A stretch of DNA of 64,000 bases from Centroscyllium fabricii (GCA_051313645.2 JBNRSN020000004.1:111848001-111912000); one strand, 5' to 3'; positions 51,808 to 64,000 are shown, counted from the stretch's first letter. The notes: a model not told the origin generated them from the letters alone. Numbers and translations are program-made.

Positions 51808-54187
51808 TATAGAACATAGAACATAGAATATACAGCACTGTTCAGGCCCTTGGGCCCTCAATGTAGTGCCGTGCTTAGTCCGTCTCTGATTTTTCCTGTC
51901 CCCCCTACTCTTCCCTCCCCTCCATGTACCTATCTGTCATTCTTTTAAAAACTCACAGACTGTCCGCATCCACTATTTCAGATGGTAGCCTATTCCACTC
52001 CCCGACCACTCTCTGTGTAAAGAACTTGCCCCTGCCATCCCTTCTGAATCTTCCTCCTTGAATCTTGTGTTCGTGCCCTCTTGTTGTCGTTCTTCCCACC
52101 CGGGGAAACAGTCTCTGCACGTTTACTCTATCGATCCCCTTCATCATCTTAAACATCTCTATTAAGTCCCCACTCTTCCTTCTCCGCTCCAGGGAGAAGA
52201 GTCCCAGCTCCCTCAACCTCTCCTCGTACGACTTTCCCCCCATTCCCGGCAGCATCCTGGTGAATCTCCTCTGTACCCTCTCCAACGCCTCTACATCCCT
52301 CCTGTAGTACGGTGCCCAGAACTGCACACAGTACTCCAAGTGTGGTCTCACCAGTGACCTGTACAGCTGTAGCATGATCTCCCGGTTCTTAAACTCTATT
52401 CCCCTGTTGATGAAGGCCAATACACCATAGGCCTTTTTTACTGCCTTATCCACCTGGGTGGCAGCCTTCAATGATCTGTGTACATATACTCCCAGATCCC
52501 TTTGCTCCTCTGCTTCGCTCAGGGCCCTGCCGTTGACCCTATATTCCCTATTCCTATTTGCCCTACCGAAGTGTATCACCTCGCATTTCCCCGTGTTGAA
52601 CTCCATTTGCCATTCTTCAGCCCAGCTCTGCATCCTATCTATATCCCTCTGAAGCCTTCTACTTCCTTCCTCCTCGTCCACTACTCCCCCAATCTTTGTG
52701 TCATCTGCAAATTTGCTGACCCACCCCTCAGTCCCCTCCTCCAAGTCATTGATAAAGATCACAAATAGTAGTGGCCCCAACACCGACCCCTGTGGCACCC
52801 CACTGGTGACCGGTCTCCAACCCGAGTATTGGCCCTCTACCACTACCCTCTGCTTTCTCTGAGCCAGCCAGTTCTCAATCCATCACACTACTTCTTTGTT
52901 TACCCCGCAACTCCTTACTTTCTTCATGAGTCGACCGTGCGGGACCTTGTCGAACGCCTTGCTGAAGTCCATATATATGACATCAACCACCTTTCCCTCG
53001 TCCACACACTTGGTCACCTCCTCAAAGAATTCTATCAGGTTGGTCAGGCACGATTTGCCCTTAACGAATCCGTGCTGACTACTCCTGATTAATTTGCCCC
53101 TTTCTAGATGGTCGTAGATCCTGTCCCTCAGGACCCTTTCCATCACCTTTCCGACCACCGAGGTAAGGCTGACTGGTCTGTAGTTTCCTGGCTCGTCCCT
53201 GCTCCCCTTTTTAAATATGGGATCCACATTCGCCTCTCTCCAGTCCCCAGGGACTATCCCAGAGGATAGCGAGGAACTAAAGATAGAGGTCAGTGGCTCT
53301 GCGATTTCGTTCCTCGCTTCCCAGAGAATCCTTGGATATATCCCGTCCGGCCCAGGAGATTTGTCTACCTTCAGTTTCTCCAAAATATCTAATACCTCCT
53401 CCCTCTGAATATTTACTTCCCCCATCCTTTCCCCTCGTATCTTGCACTCCTCCTCTACTTTTAGTCCCCTCTCCCTTGTGAACATGGACGCAAAATATTC
53501 ATTTAGTGCTTCCCCAATTTCCTCTGACTCCGTGCACATTTCTCCCTTGCCGTCTTTGATTGGCCCTACTCTTATCCTAGTCATCCTTTTATTTCTTACG
53601 TAAGCATAGAAAGCCTTAGGGTTCTCCTTTATCCTTCCTGCTAATGCCTTCTCATGCCCTCCCTTTGCCTTCCTTAGCCCATTCTTCAGTTCTTTCCTTG
53701 CTTCTTTGTACTCCTTTCCCGCCCATGCTGTACCCTGCTTTCTCATTCTATCATATGCCTCCTTCTTCTTCTTTACTAAATGTTCTACCTCTTTCGTGAT
53801 CCACGGTTCTCTCATCTTTCCCTTGTTTCCCATCCTACTCGGGATATGCTTATCCAGGGCTTTCATAATTTGCTCCCTGAACACTCTCCATTTTTCTTCT
53901 GTTCCCCTCCCAGCAAGTTCCCGTTCCCAATTGAGGTTAGCTAAATCCTGCCTAACCCTGTTGTAATTTCCCCTCCCCCAGCTGTATACCTTACCCTGCC
54001 TCATGCTCCTATCCTTCTCCATTACTATTGTGAACGTCACCGAGTTGTGGTCACTGTCCCCAAAGTGCTCCCTTACCCCCAGTTCTACCACTTGGCCTGG
54101 TTCATTTCCCAGAACCAGGTCCAAGGTTGCCCCACCCCTTGTTGGTTCCTCCACTTATTGTGTCAGGAAACCTTCCTGCACGCATTG
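51808..54187 (-). mobile_element. Young CR1 LINE, 5'-truncated, ORF2 nearly intact
   Basis: ORFs 54154-52883 and 52843-51953 share one frame, broken by a single TGA; FADD and other RT motifs intact; (AGAACAT)n tail; candidate TSD TATGAAA at 51801-51807 and 54188-54194. Confidence 0.97.
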
Positions 54188-54634
54188 TATGAAAATCTGA
54201 ACGAATCAATTGCAAGACATTTGTATATATGCAGATATGACGTTCAAGTGTGCGCCAGATAGTGGGGTGCGATGGACAAAATGCACACAAGACACTTTCT
54301 GTTATGTAATATTCCAACTGTGGTAAATTACTTGTGAGAATGTGCCCAATACAGTTATAGGGCAAAAATGTAATGCACCATATAAGGGTAATAACCTGTG
54401 GGGTTTTTTGCTGAGAGCCTCAAAAAATTACAGCGAATTATATAAAGTCCTACCACCTGCAATAACATTTTTAATGTTCATCCAAGCGATCATTAATGGC
54501 AAAACATACATAAAAGGTGTATCTTGTATGAAATAGCAATGCTCATTTTTTTGCAAGGTTAATACTGTATTTGTCACTTGGAACATTTTCACTTCACAAT
54601 TTATTTCTGAACCTTGTTTTCCTTATTCCTCTAG

Positions 54635-55098
54635 CTGAAATGGAGACCATGCCTGAACTGTCTATTTCTCAGCCAGGAACAAATCATGTAAACTTTGGAC
54701 CACAAACAGTTCCTGGGAATGGTACTGAACTACCCCAGCCACCGTCACCTGCTCAGCTTCCTCATAGTGGTCAGCCCACTACCAGGCCCCAACTTTCCAA
54801 TTTGCATCCTGGACTTGTCTCTGCACCTCTTAGCCCACAGCTGGTGAACCAGCAGCTGGTTATGGCCCAGATATTAAACCAACAATTTGCTGTCAACAGA
54901 CTCCTGGCACAGCAGTCCCTAAATCAGCAATACCTGAACCACCCTCCTGTCAACCGAACCATGAATAAACCATTAGAACAACAGACTTCATCAAATGCTG
55001 AAGTGTCTTCCGACATCTACCAGTGGGTTCGCGATGAGTTGAAGCGAGCCGGCATCTCCCAGGCAGTGTTCGCTCGTGTGGCTTTTAACCGAACTCAG
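54635..55098 (+). CDS. SATB1: SATB1 exon 7: P/Q-rich region and start of CUT1
   Basis: EMETMPELS...[13 protein letters not shown]...[28 protein letters not shown]; 464 nt, TAG acceptor, CAG|GTGAG donor; cumulative CDS 1215 nt = 405 codons. Confidence 0.98.
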
Positions 55099-55469
55099 GT
55101 GAGACACTTGGCATAGCTCCAGTCAGTGGGTCATGGGTCTGCATCATCAGAGCAATTGATTTTGGTTTATTGCAAGGCGAGATGATGCGGAGAAGCTCTT
55201 TATTTTTCTGACGGTTACAGCGTACTATAGACCTTTTCAGAATCATTGATGTTCTGTGAAGTGGATTATAATCTATTTAAATCAGTGTATTCATTTTTAA
55301 GACTATGAGACTAGGCAGTCCATGTTCTTGTGCACATTCACAGACACCATTAATGTATTGACTGCAAGAGATTCATAATTGACTTTTTGAAGGACTGATT
55401 TATTTTACATTCTTTTGCAATTTAATTAAACTCATCTTTAACAACTTGTCTGACAAAAATAAAGATAGA

Positions 55470-57506
55470 GGAAATAAAAACAAAAAATGCTGGAAATACT
55501 CAGCAGGTCAGGCAGCATCTGTGCAGAGAGAAACAGAGTTAAGGGGGGGAATTTTTCCAGAAGGGCGGGAACTTGGCGGGGATTGGTCTGGGCGGCTTCT
55601 GGTCCCGCCCGCCCAACCAGCTGGGAAGCCCACGCAATTTTAGGTTACTGAGGCTGTTAAATCCCCGTCGGCGGGAGCGGGAGGTAATTAGGTGAATTGA
55701 GTCGGGCTGCAGCGGAGCTGCGAGCACTTTGATTGACAGTTCCAGCACTGGTTGTTGTCAGTTCCCATGGCAGCACTCCACTGTGAAATCACAGTGGAGT
55801 GGAGCCAATGGGAAAGGCCAGGTGCTGGCGACTGACAGGTGGGCGGGTGGGCTCCGAATCGCTCACAGCGCGCACCAGCTGTGAGGCCATTGTGAGAACT
55901 GAGATTGCTCAGTTTCTGATCTCAGCTGATACTGAAAGCAGAACGGAGTTACTATCTCCTCTAAGGTGCTGGAGGCATGCCAAGCATTTGGCAGCATGTC
56001 CTTCACACCTTAAAGGAGAAAGTAATAAATTCAGGAACTCACGCAACACCAGGTTATAGTCCAGAAGTTATAACCAGAGCTGTGCTCCCGCTGGGTTTCA
56101 ACCAGCGGGGTTTAAGGTGGCGGGGTTAGGGCAGGAAACAGCGCAAAATGGCTGAGGGCCCTTAAAATGGCATTAAAGATGGCAATTAAGGGCCCTTAAC
56201 GAGGTGACAACCCATCCCCGCCGGTCGGCGGCGGCAAGGTTTTGGGGCGGGGAATCTGGGGGCGGGAAAATGAGAAAGCGGCGGGGATCCGGCGGGGAGG
56301 GGCGGGACCCGTCGGTTCCGCTATTTTGCCGGCCGGGCCACCCAAAACCCCACCTCACGGGGACATGAAAATACCCACCAATGTTTCAGCTCGATGACCT
56401 TTTGTCAGAACTGGAAAAGGTTAAGAGTTGTAACAGATTTTAAGCAAGTGCAGAGGCAGGGAAAGTGGGGATAGGAGGAAAGAACAAAAGGGAAGGTCTA
56501 TGATAGGATGGAAGGTAGGAGAGATTAAATGACAAAAGGTATGATGGTGCAAGGCAAAAGGGGATTGTAATGGAACAAGTAAAGAAACAAAGGATGGGCC
56601 TTGACAAGGTGCAAATGGGGATGGCAGAATCATCAACAGCTGGCATGTCAAAAAATGGGGGCAGAGGTTATGGTCTGAAATTGTTGAAAGGATGTTGAAT
56701 CAAGAAGGCTGTAAAGTGCCTAATCGAAAGATGAGGTACTGTTCCTCGAGCTTACGTTGAGCTTTGTTGGAACAGTGTAAGAGACCTAGGGCAGAGAGGT
56801 CAGGGTGGGAGTGAAGCGGAAAATTAAAGTGACAGGCGACCGGAAGCTCGGGATCACATTTACGGACTGAATAGAGATGTTCCGCAAAGCGGTCACCCAA
56901 TCTGCGTTTGGTCTCCCCAATGTAGAGGAGACCGCATCGTGAGCAGCGAATACAGTATGCTAAATTGCAAGAAGTACAAGTAAATGGCTGTTTCACCTGG
57001 AAGGAGTGTTTGGGGCCCTGGACAGTGGGAAGGGAGGAGGTAAAAGGGCAGGTGTTGCATCTCCTGCGCTTGCACGGGATGGTACCATCGGAAGGGGACG
57101 GGGTGTTGGGGGTGATTGAGGAGTGGACCAGGGTGTTGTGGAGGGAATAGTCTCTTCGGAATGCTGAAAGGGGGAGGGAGGGGAAGATGTGTTTAGTGGT
57201 GGGGTCACGCTGGAGGTGGCGGAAATGTTGAATGTGGAGGCTGGTAGGGTGAAAGGTGAGGGCAAGGGGAACCCTATTGTGGTTCTGAGAGGGAGGGGAA
57301 GGGGTGAGAGCAGAAGTACGGGAAATGGAACGGACATGGTCGAGGGCCACAGTACAGGAGAATCCTCTGTTAAGGAAAAAGGAAGACATATCGGAAGCAC
57401 TAGTATGGAAGGTGGCATCGTCAGAACAGATGTGACAGAGATGGAGAAACTGGGAGAATGGAATAAACTCCTTACAGGGAGCGGGGTGGGAGAAAGTATA
57501 GTCTTC
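55470..57506 (-). mobile_element. Penelope-like element (RT thumb, linker, GIY-YIG endonuclease, terminal repeat), interrupted by MITE A copy 3
   Basis: IPFSQFL.L..ICSD, AFRR, CKRRRCNTC, YCIRCSRCGLLYIGETKRRLGDRFAEH, VACHFN. Confidence 0.93.
55543..56378. mobile_element. MITE family A, copy 3 (inverted relative to copies 1-2)
   Basis: Splits the Penelope sequence GAGTTAA|TGTTTC; flanks TAA/CAA. Confidence 0.88.
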
Positions 57507-57518
57507 CTTGTACTTCAC

Positions 57519-57833
57519 GGGGCGGCACGGTGGCATAGTGGTTAGCACTGTTGCCTCACAGCGCCAGGGGCCCGGGTTCAAATCCGGCCTCAGGTGACTA
57601 TCTGTGTGGAGTTTGCACATTCTCCCCGTGTATGCGTGGGTTTCCTCCGGGTGCTCCGGTTTCCTCCCACAGTCCAAAGATGTGTGGGTTAGGTTGATTG
57701 GCCATGATAAATTGACCCTTAGTGTTAGGGGGATTGAATATGTGGGGTTACGGGGATAGGGTGGGATATGTGTCGGTGCAGGCTCGATGGGCCGAAATGG
57801 CCTCTATCTGCACTGTAGGGATTCTATGATTCT
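57519..57833 (+). mobile_element. V-SINE (HE1-like), full length
   Basis: A box TGGCATAGTGG, B box GGTTCAAATCC, V domain, tail GGGATTCTATGATTCT. Confidence 0.94.
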
Positions 57834-57900
57834 TGCAATTTAGTGTACCAGTAAATCACTGTTTCACCTGGAAGGAGTGTTTGGGTTAGTATACTGTATA

Positions 57901-58578
57901 ACCTGGCACTAAGCTCATGGTCTACAGAGCAGCAGTGATACCCGCCCTGCTGTATGCCTCAGAGACATGGACCATGTACAGCAGGCTCCTCAAAGCACTG
58001 GAGTGGTACCACCAACGCTGCCTCCGCAGGATCCTGCAAATCCATTGGCAGGATAGGCGCACCAACATCAGTGTTCTTGCTCAGGCCAACATCCCCAGCA
58101 TCGAAGCTTTCACCACGCTCAATCAGCTCTGATGGATGGGTCACATTGTCTGCATGCCCGATATGAGACTCCCAAAGCAAGCGCTCTACTCTGAGCTCCG
58201 GCATGGCAAGACATCCCCAGGTGGGCAGAGGAAACACTTCAAGGACACCCGCAAAGCCTCCTTGAAAAAGTATAACATCCCCACCGACACCTGGGAATCC
58301 CTGGCCCAAGACCGTACAAAGTGGAGAAGCATCCGGGAAGGCACCGAACACCTTGAGTCTCTTCGCCGGGAGCAAGCGGAAGCCAAGCGCAGGCAGCGCA
58401 AGGAGCGCACATAACCCAAGCACCGCATTCACCCACCCCTTCAACCACCGTCTGCCCCACCTGCGACAGAGACTGTAGGTCGTGCATTGGACTCATCAGT
58501 CATCAGTCACCTGCAAACTCATTTTAATGTGGAAGCAAGTCATCCTCGGTTCCGAGGGACTGCCTAAGAAGAAGAAGA
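57901..58578 (+). mobile_element. RTE-clade LINE 3' fragment
   Basis: VYRAAVIPALLYASETW...HQRCLRRILQIHWQD, W.GHI..M...RLPKQ.LY, CPTC zinc knuckle, (AAG)n tail. Confidence 0.92.
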
Positions 58579-59742
58579 TTCACTGTTCACGATGCGGTCT
58601 CCACATTGGGGAGACCAAACGCAGATTGGGTGACTGCTTTGTGGATCACCTCCATTCAATCCGTAAGCATGACCCTGAACCTCCAGTTGCCTGCCACTGC
58701 AATGCTCCACTCTCACTCTGACCTCTTGGGCCTCGGTCTCTGACACTGTTCCAACAAAGCTCAACGTAAGCTCGAGGAACAGCACCTCATCTTTCGATCA
58801 GGCACTTTACAGCCTTCTGGACTCAACAATTTCAGACCATAACCTCTGCCCCATCTTTTTCACATGGCAACTGTTGATGATTCTGCCATTCCCATTTGCA
58901 CCTCTTCTAGAAACATCTTTTGTTTCTTTACTTGTCCCATTACCATCTCCTTTTGCTTTGTACAATAATCCCTTTTGTTATTTAATCACTCCTGCCTTCC
59001 ACCCTGTCACGGGCCTTCCCTTTTATTCTTTCCTCCCCTCCCCCCTTTCCCTGTCGCTGCACTTACTTAAAATCTATTACACCTCTAAAAAAAAATGACA
59101 GTTCTGATGAAAGGTCATCTCCACAGATGCTGCCTGACCCGCTGAGTATTTCCAGCATTTTCTGTTTTTATTTCAGACTTCCAGCATCTGCAGTACAGGG
59201 TATTACGCTTTTGTAAAGAGATAGGATTCTGATTCAGCTACTGTAGTATTGCTGCACAGAAGTAATAAACTCTTTTTCATGTAAGATTCCCTAATCTTTA
59301 GTTAAAATGCTTTCTGATTTCTCATTTACTGATACCATGAGAATCTAGTTTCTGTTTAAATGTCTGTTTTTCTGTTGTGGTGACTTCAGATCAATATGTT
59401 TGAATTAATGTTGTCAGTATGTTTGTAATCCAGTTTAAGGTGTCTCAGAAATGCAGTGCGTGTTCTTAAGAGAGGAAAGTTTCTTGTTTTTTGTTGTTTT
59501 CTTAGAGACGCTAAAACATGTAATGAGCTGCAGTGGGATATTCTGGTGGGGAACTGTTCTTAAAAATAAGACTTGATTCTGTTCTGGTTGAGCATTAGAT
59601 TTGCGAAACCTACAAAAAAAAGCAGCCGCAGATGTTGATTCTTCTCGTACATAGAAAAGTGTTTTGATTTAAATGTTTTCTTAGCCTTAGCTATAATTCA
59701 GAACTGTTGAAAGTTACAAGTGCATTTGAGCACCCACACTTA

Positions 59743-60537
59743 GGGGGGGATTTCGCCGGAAGGGCAGGAACCTGGCGGGGATTGGTCTGGGCGGCTTCCG
59801 TCCACACCCGCCCAAACAGCTGGGAAGGCCACACAATTTTAGTTTAATTAGGTTGTTAAATCCAGGCCGGCGGCCGCAGGAGGTAATTAGATCAATCGAG
59901 TCCGGCTGCATCGGGGCTGCGAGGAGCTTGATTGACAGTTCCAGCACTAGTTGTTGACAGTTTCCATGGAAACACTCCACTGTGACATCACAGTCGAGTG
60001 GAACCAATGGGAAAGGTCAAGTGCTGGTGACTGACAGGTGGGCGGGCGGGCTCAGAATCCTTGACAGCTTGGCACCAGCTGTGAGCAAATGTTCAGAGCT
60101 GAGTTTTCTCAGTTTTTGCTCACAGCTGCTGCAGTCACAGCAGAGTTACTTACTCCTCTAAGGTGCTGGAGGCATGCCAAGCATTTGGCAGCATGTCCTT
60201 CACACCTTAAAGGAGAAAGTAATAACCAGCGCTGTGTTCCTGCTGGGTTTCACCCAGCGGGGTTTAAGGTGATGGGGTTAGGGCAGGAAACAGGGCAAAA
60301 TGGCTGAGGGCCCTTAAAATAGCATTAAAGATGCCAATTAAGGGCCCTTAACGAGGTGACAACCCATCCCTGCCGGCTGGCGGCGGGAAGGTTTCGGGGC
60401 AGGGAATCTGGGCGGGGGAAAATGAGAAAGCGGCGGGGATATGGCGGGGGGTGGGGGAGGCGGGACCTCCCGGTTGCGCTATTTTGCCGGCCGGGCCGCC
60501 GAAAACCCCACCTCACGGGGACATGAAAATCCCCCCC
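59743..60537. mobile_element. MITE family A, copy 4 (same orientation as copy 3)
   Basis: G-run/C-run TIRs and full-length homology to the other copies. Confidence 0.88.
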
Positions 60538-61379
60538 AATGTATGCTGTATAGTTTGTGGAGAGTGGCAGGTTTATTGATTTTTGCACCTTTTTTCCCAG
60601 AAGCAGGTGTCATTATGGATACAGGCAAATGTACCCTATTCAGTTAATATGTGGTGCTATCCTCGTAAAGGAACTAATGATTGTGACAATATTATTGCAG
60701 ATTTGTTGAGCGATGATTTTGTAATTGATTACCAGGAAATAACTGACAGTGTATGTCTCAAATTGGTTTACATCATTCTAGCAGATCTGACGATGAGGAA
60801 GTTATATAGGCCTAGGAATTTGTCTCAGGCAGTGACACAAAGCAGGCGGTATTGGATTGGCCGCCCGTTATATGCAGCGCTGGTATTCAGTTGCGCTGCA
60901 GTCAATGGAACTGAATATGAGGCGCTGTGCATAACGGGCAGACGATCCGATACTGCCCATTTTGTGCCACCGCTCAAGATGAATTTCTACCCCATAATTC
61001 AACATGTATGCTTAATTCTGCCACATGAAACTGTCATGGATTATCTGACATTTGTAGTTTTTAGAGGACCTGATTGCAGGTAAAGAGTTGACATTATTAG
61101 TCAACATCATGCAAATTACAACTTTTTGTGTGCTCAGTCGAATAACAATTTGTACTATTTTCTAGACGTCTGTCACATTTAATCTTTGCAAGATGTGGTA
61201 TTACACAACCGCTTTCTTCCATTGTTGCAAAATAATTGCTGAGTAGCACAAGCATATGAAGAACTTCACAAATTATATGATAAAATCAAAAAAATAGTGA
61301 CAGAAAATAAATGTACTAAACTATGTTAAAATTAATTAGTCTGCACCCTTATGTTTTAAAAGTTATGGTTTTAACAATA

Positions 61380-61700
61380 GAAAGAAAATAAACTTGCAGT
61401 TATGTAGTGCCTTTCATGTCCTCAGGATATCCCCAAAACACTGTCACAGCCAATGAAACACTTTTGAACTATAATCACTCTTGTAGTCTAGGGAAACACG
61501 GCAGCCAATTTAGATACAGCAAGGCCCAAAAAACAGCACTGACCAGATAATCTATTTTACTGATGTTGGTTGAGTGATAAATATGTGCCAGGACCCTCTC
61601 CAGCTCTTTTTTGAATTATGCCAGGGGACTTTTTACATCCACTCGAGAGGGCTTGGTTTAAGGTCTCATACAAAAGACGGCACCTACAATAGTGCAGCTG
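61380..61700 (-). mobile_element. Deu-SINE (SacSINE1-like), partial
   Basis: Reverse-complement homology to 27163-27635; L2-type tail AACTTGCAGTTATGTAGTGCCTTTCA. Confidence 0.7.
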
Positions 61701-61915
61701 AAGTTATTCTCTTGAATAAATGTCTATTTATTATATTAAATGCTGAGTGAGTGCATTAATCTCAAAATGCATTAATAACTCTTGCGCCTGTAGGTGCCAC
61801 TATGATCGGCAGTTACAGTGTTAAATGAATGTCACATGACGTTATGTGCAAAACCTTCTACTGGTGTTGTATTGTGGCAGTGAGATTAGCCATCCGGCTA
61901 TAGTGGAAAGACACT

Positions 61916-62766
61916 GGGTGTGAAATTGACGCCTTAGCGCCGGCCCATTAGCGGCGAAAATTGGTGCTAATGGGCCGGCGGCGAATTAGTGCCAAAAATA
62001 GCGCCGATCGCTAAATTCGGCACCCGCCCAACGCCAGCGCTAAATGTTAGCAAGCGCTAATTAGCGATCGGCAATCCTCATTAAAATGCGTGTGCAACGC
62101 CCGCCCGCCGGGCTGCGCCCGAAATGAGCTTTTGCTCCAGTCCACCCCGCCCCGCGCTGCCAGCGCCAGCTTTAGCAAGCGTTGCTGCGGCTTTGAGTGG
62201 CCGCTGCAAGGGCGACCCTCCCTCCTTGGCCCGAGATCGGCCAGTTGCTAAGGGAACGGGAAGAGGGGTCGGGCGGCCCGAGATCGAGCAGTTGCTAAGG
62301 GAGCGGGGAGGGGGGTCGGGCGGCCCCAGATCAGCCAGTTGATGAGAGAGTGGGGTGGGGGCCGGGCAGCCCAAGATCGAGCAGTTGATGAGAGAGGGGG
62401 ATCGGGTGGCCTGAGATCGGGGAGATGATGCGGGAGGGGGGTTGGGTGGCCCGAGATCGGGGAGATGATGCGGGAGGGGGGACCAAAACATGCTGCTCTG
62501 CTTCCCCTACCCCTTTAAGACCTATTCGGCTTCAGAGGTCATGGGGAAGCAAGCAGTTGGTTAGGGAGCGCTGCGCCCGGGAACAGCAATTAGTGGCAAA
62601 AAATTGGTCGCCCGGAAGTCGTGCAACACCTGAATTAGCGCTGAAATCTGCAAGGCCGGCGCTAACGCCAATATCCGCCGCCTTGGTGCTAATTTAGCTC
62701 CGGCGCTAATTTTAGCGCTATGCCCATTTTAGCGGCAGAAATCGTGTGCTGACGAATTTAGCCCCC
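61916..62766. mobile_element. MITE family B, copy 2
   Basis: TIRs GGGTGTGAAATT/AATTTAGCCCCC, TSD ACT/ACT, arms homologous to 31412-32347. Confidence 0.85.
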
Positions 62767-63341
62767 ACTGAATTTGAGATAATTCTCTGCCATTGAAGAG
62801 TTCTTACAATATTCCTTCAGGTGAACGTATTTCTCCAAAGCTACCCACCCGCCCCCTCCCCCCAGCCCCGCCCACCGAATAGAAATGCACATCTGAGGAA
62901 TGGAGTGAACATGCCGCAACACCCTCCCACTGAACAAAAGATTGGGGTGAGGAAGTACACATATCCCTTCCCCTCAACTGATGATCAGAATTCTGGACCT
63001 GGGAGTACTGCAAACATGCTCCTCATAAACCCGATAGCAACACTTGGCATCAACAGTACTGGTGTATGTATAGTAATGTCTGGCAAAATTGTAAGCCCAA
63101 TCTTTTTAATTGGTTCACAATTTTACTACAATGGCATACAAAGGCAATCCTCTCCCACTGAAGATCTAAATGGACAGTAAGCCAGGGCTTTTGGTGCAGT
63201 TATTATTTGGCAGGCATACTGGTCTTGGAAGTGACCAGGTTAAATGTTCAGGCCCTCAGATAGTGTTCGAAAATTTGCATAGTGTTCTAATGCTTCAATA
63301 TATTCAAGCTTCTGACTGAGTGATGTAAATGTCCATGCACC

Positions 63342-64000
63342 TTTTGTTTTATTCGTTCCTGGGATGTGGGCGTCGCTGGCAAGGCCAGCATTTATTGCCC
63401 ATCCCTAATTGCCCTGGAGAAGGTGGTGATGAGCCACCTTCTTGAACCACTGCAGTCCATGTGGTGAAGGTACTCCCACAGTGCTGTTAGGGAGGGAGTT
63501 GCAGGCTTTTGACCCAGTGATGATGAAGGAATGGCAATATATTTCCAAGTCAGGATGGTGTGTAACTTGGAGGGGAACTTGTAGGTGGTGGTATTCCCAT
63601 GTGCCTGCTACCCTTGTCCTTCTAGGTGGTAGAGGTCGTGGGGTTGGGAGGTGCAGTCGAAGAAGCCTTGGCGAGTTGCTGCAGTGCAGCCACAGTGCGC
63701 CAGTGGTGGAGGGAGTGAAGGTTTATGGTGGTGGATGGGGTACGAGTCAAGCAGGCTGCTTTGTCCTGAATGGTGTTGAGCTTCTTGTGTGTTGTTGGAG
63801 CTGCACCCATCCAGGGAAGTGGAGAGTATTCCATTACACTCCTGACTTGTGCCTTGTAGATGGTGGAAAGGATTTAGGGAGTCAGGAGGTGAAACACTTG
63901 CTGCAGAATACCCAGCCTCTGGCCTGCTCTTATTGCCACAGTATTTATGTGGCTGGCCCAGTTACGTTTTGGTCAATGGTGACCCCCTGGAGTGTATACA
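63342..64000 (-). mobile_element. LINE family X 3' portion, running off the window
   Basis: MEYSPLPWMGAAPTT.KKL.TIQDKA; 3' end homologous to 33940-34600. Confidence 0.92.

Larger units (their letters stand above)
57507..59197 (+). mobile_element. Second Penelope-like 3' fragment, inverted and abutting the first; interrupted by V-SINE and RTE
   Basis: CSRCGLHIGETKRRLGDCF.DHLHSIRK...VACH at 58580-58720; terminal repeat runs to 59197. Confidence 0.88.

Noticed and set aside
56700-57677. 325-aa ORF as a novel gene
   Set aside because: Chance in-frame fusion of antisense V-SINE sequence with a truncated Penelope GIY-YIG region
60583-61083. 166-aa ORF as the next SATB1 exon
   Set aside because: Does not encode the expected CUT1 continuation (GLLSEILRK); the next exon lies beyond the window

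Overview
Eukaryotic genomic DNA, most likely from a cartilaginous fish (shark or ray), judged from HE1/V-SINE, SacSINE1-like Deu-SINE and HER1-type CR1 repeats. The window holds the 5' half of SATB1 on the + strand: a CpG/GA-rich proximal promoter with a putative non-coding exon 1 (ending 20561), then six coding exons (21432-55098, codons 1-405) covering the NLS, ULD, CUTL and the start of CUT1. All have canonical GT-AG junctions and one continuous reading frame; the gene continues past the window. A second CpG-rich region around the assembly gap (about 1.0-2.5 kb) is a candidate distal promoter. The rest is intronic/intergenic and repeat-rich: four CR1 LINE fragments, a nested pile of a second LINE family, L2 and RTE fragments, Penelope-like (GIY-YIG) elements with hammerhead-ribozyme motifs, SINEs, a solo LTR, GGG-ended MITE families with 3-bp TSDs, and two long minisatellites (17-bp and 20-bp units). 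There is no CRISPR or other prokaryotic system, and most of the ORF track is repeat-derived or spurious. I found no clearly new biological system. The best leads are a MITE carrying a conserved splice-flanked mini-exon, inverted repeats bracketing exon 7, strand-biased decay of hammerhead motifs, a structured module in a CR1 3' UTR, and loss of the mammalian caspase-6 site in SATB1. Family names come from recognition, not database searches.
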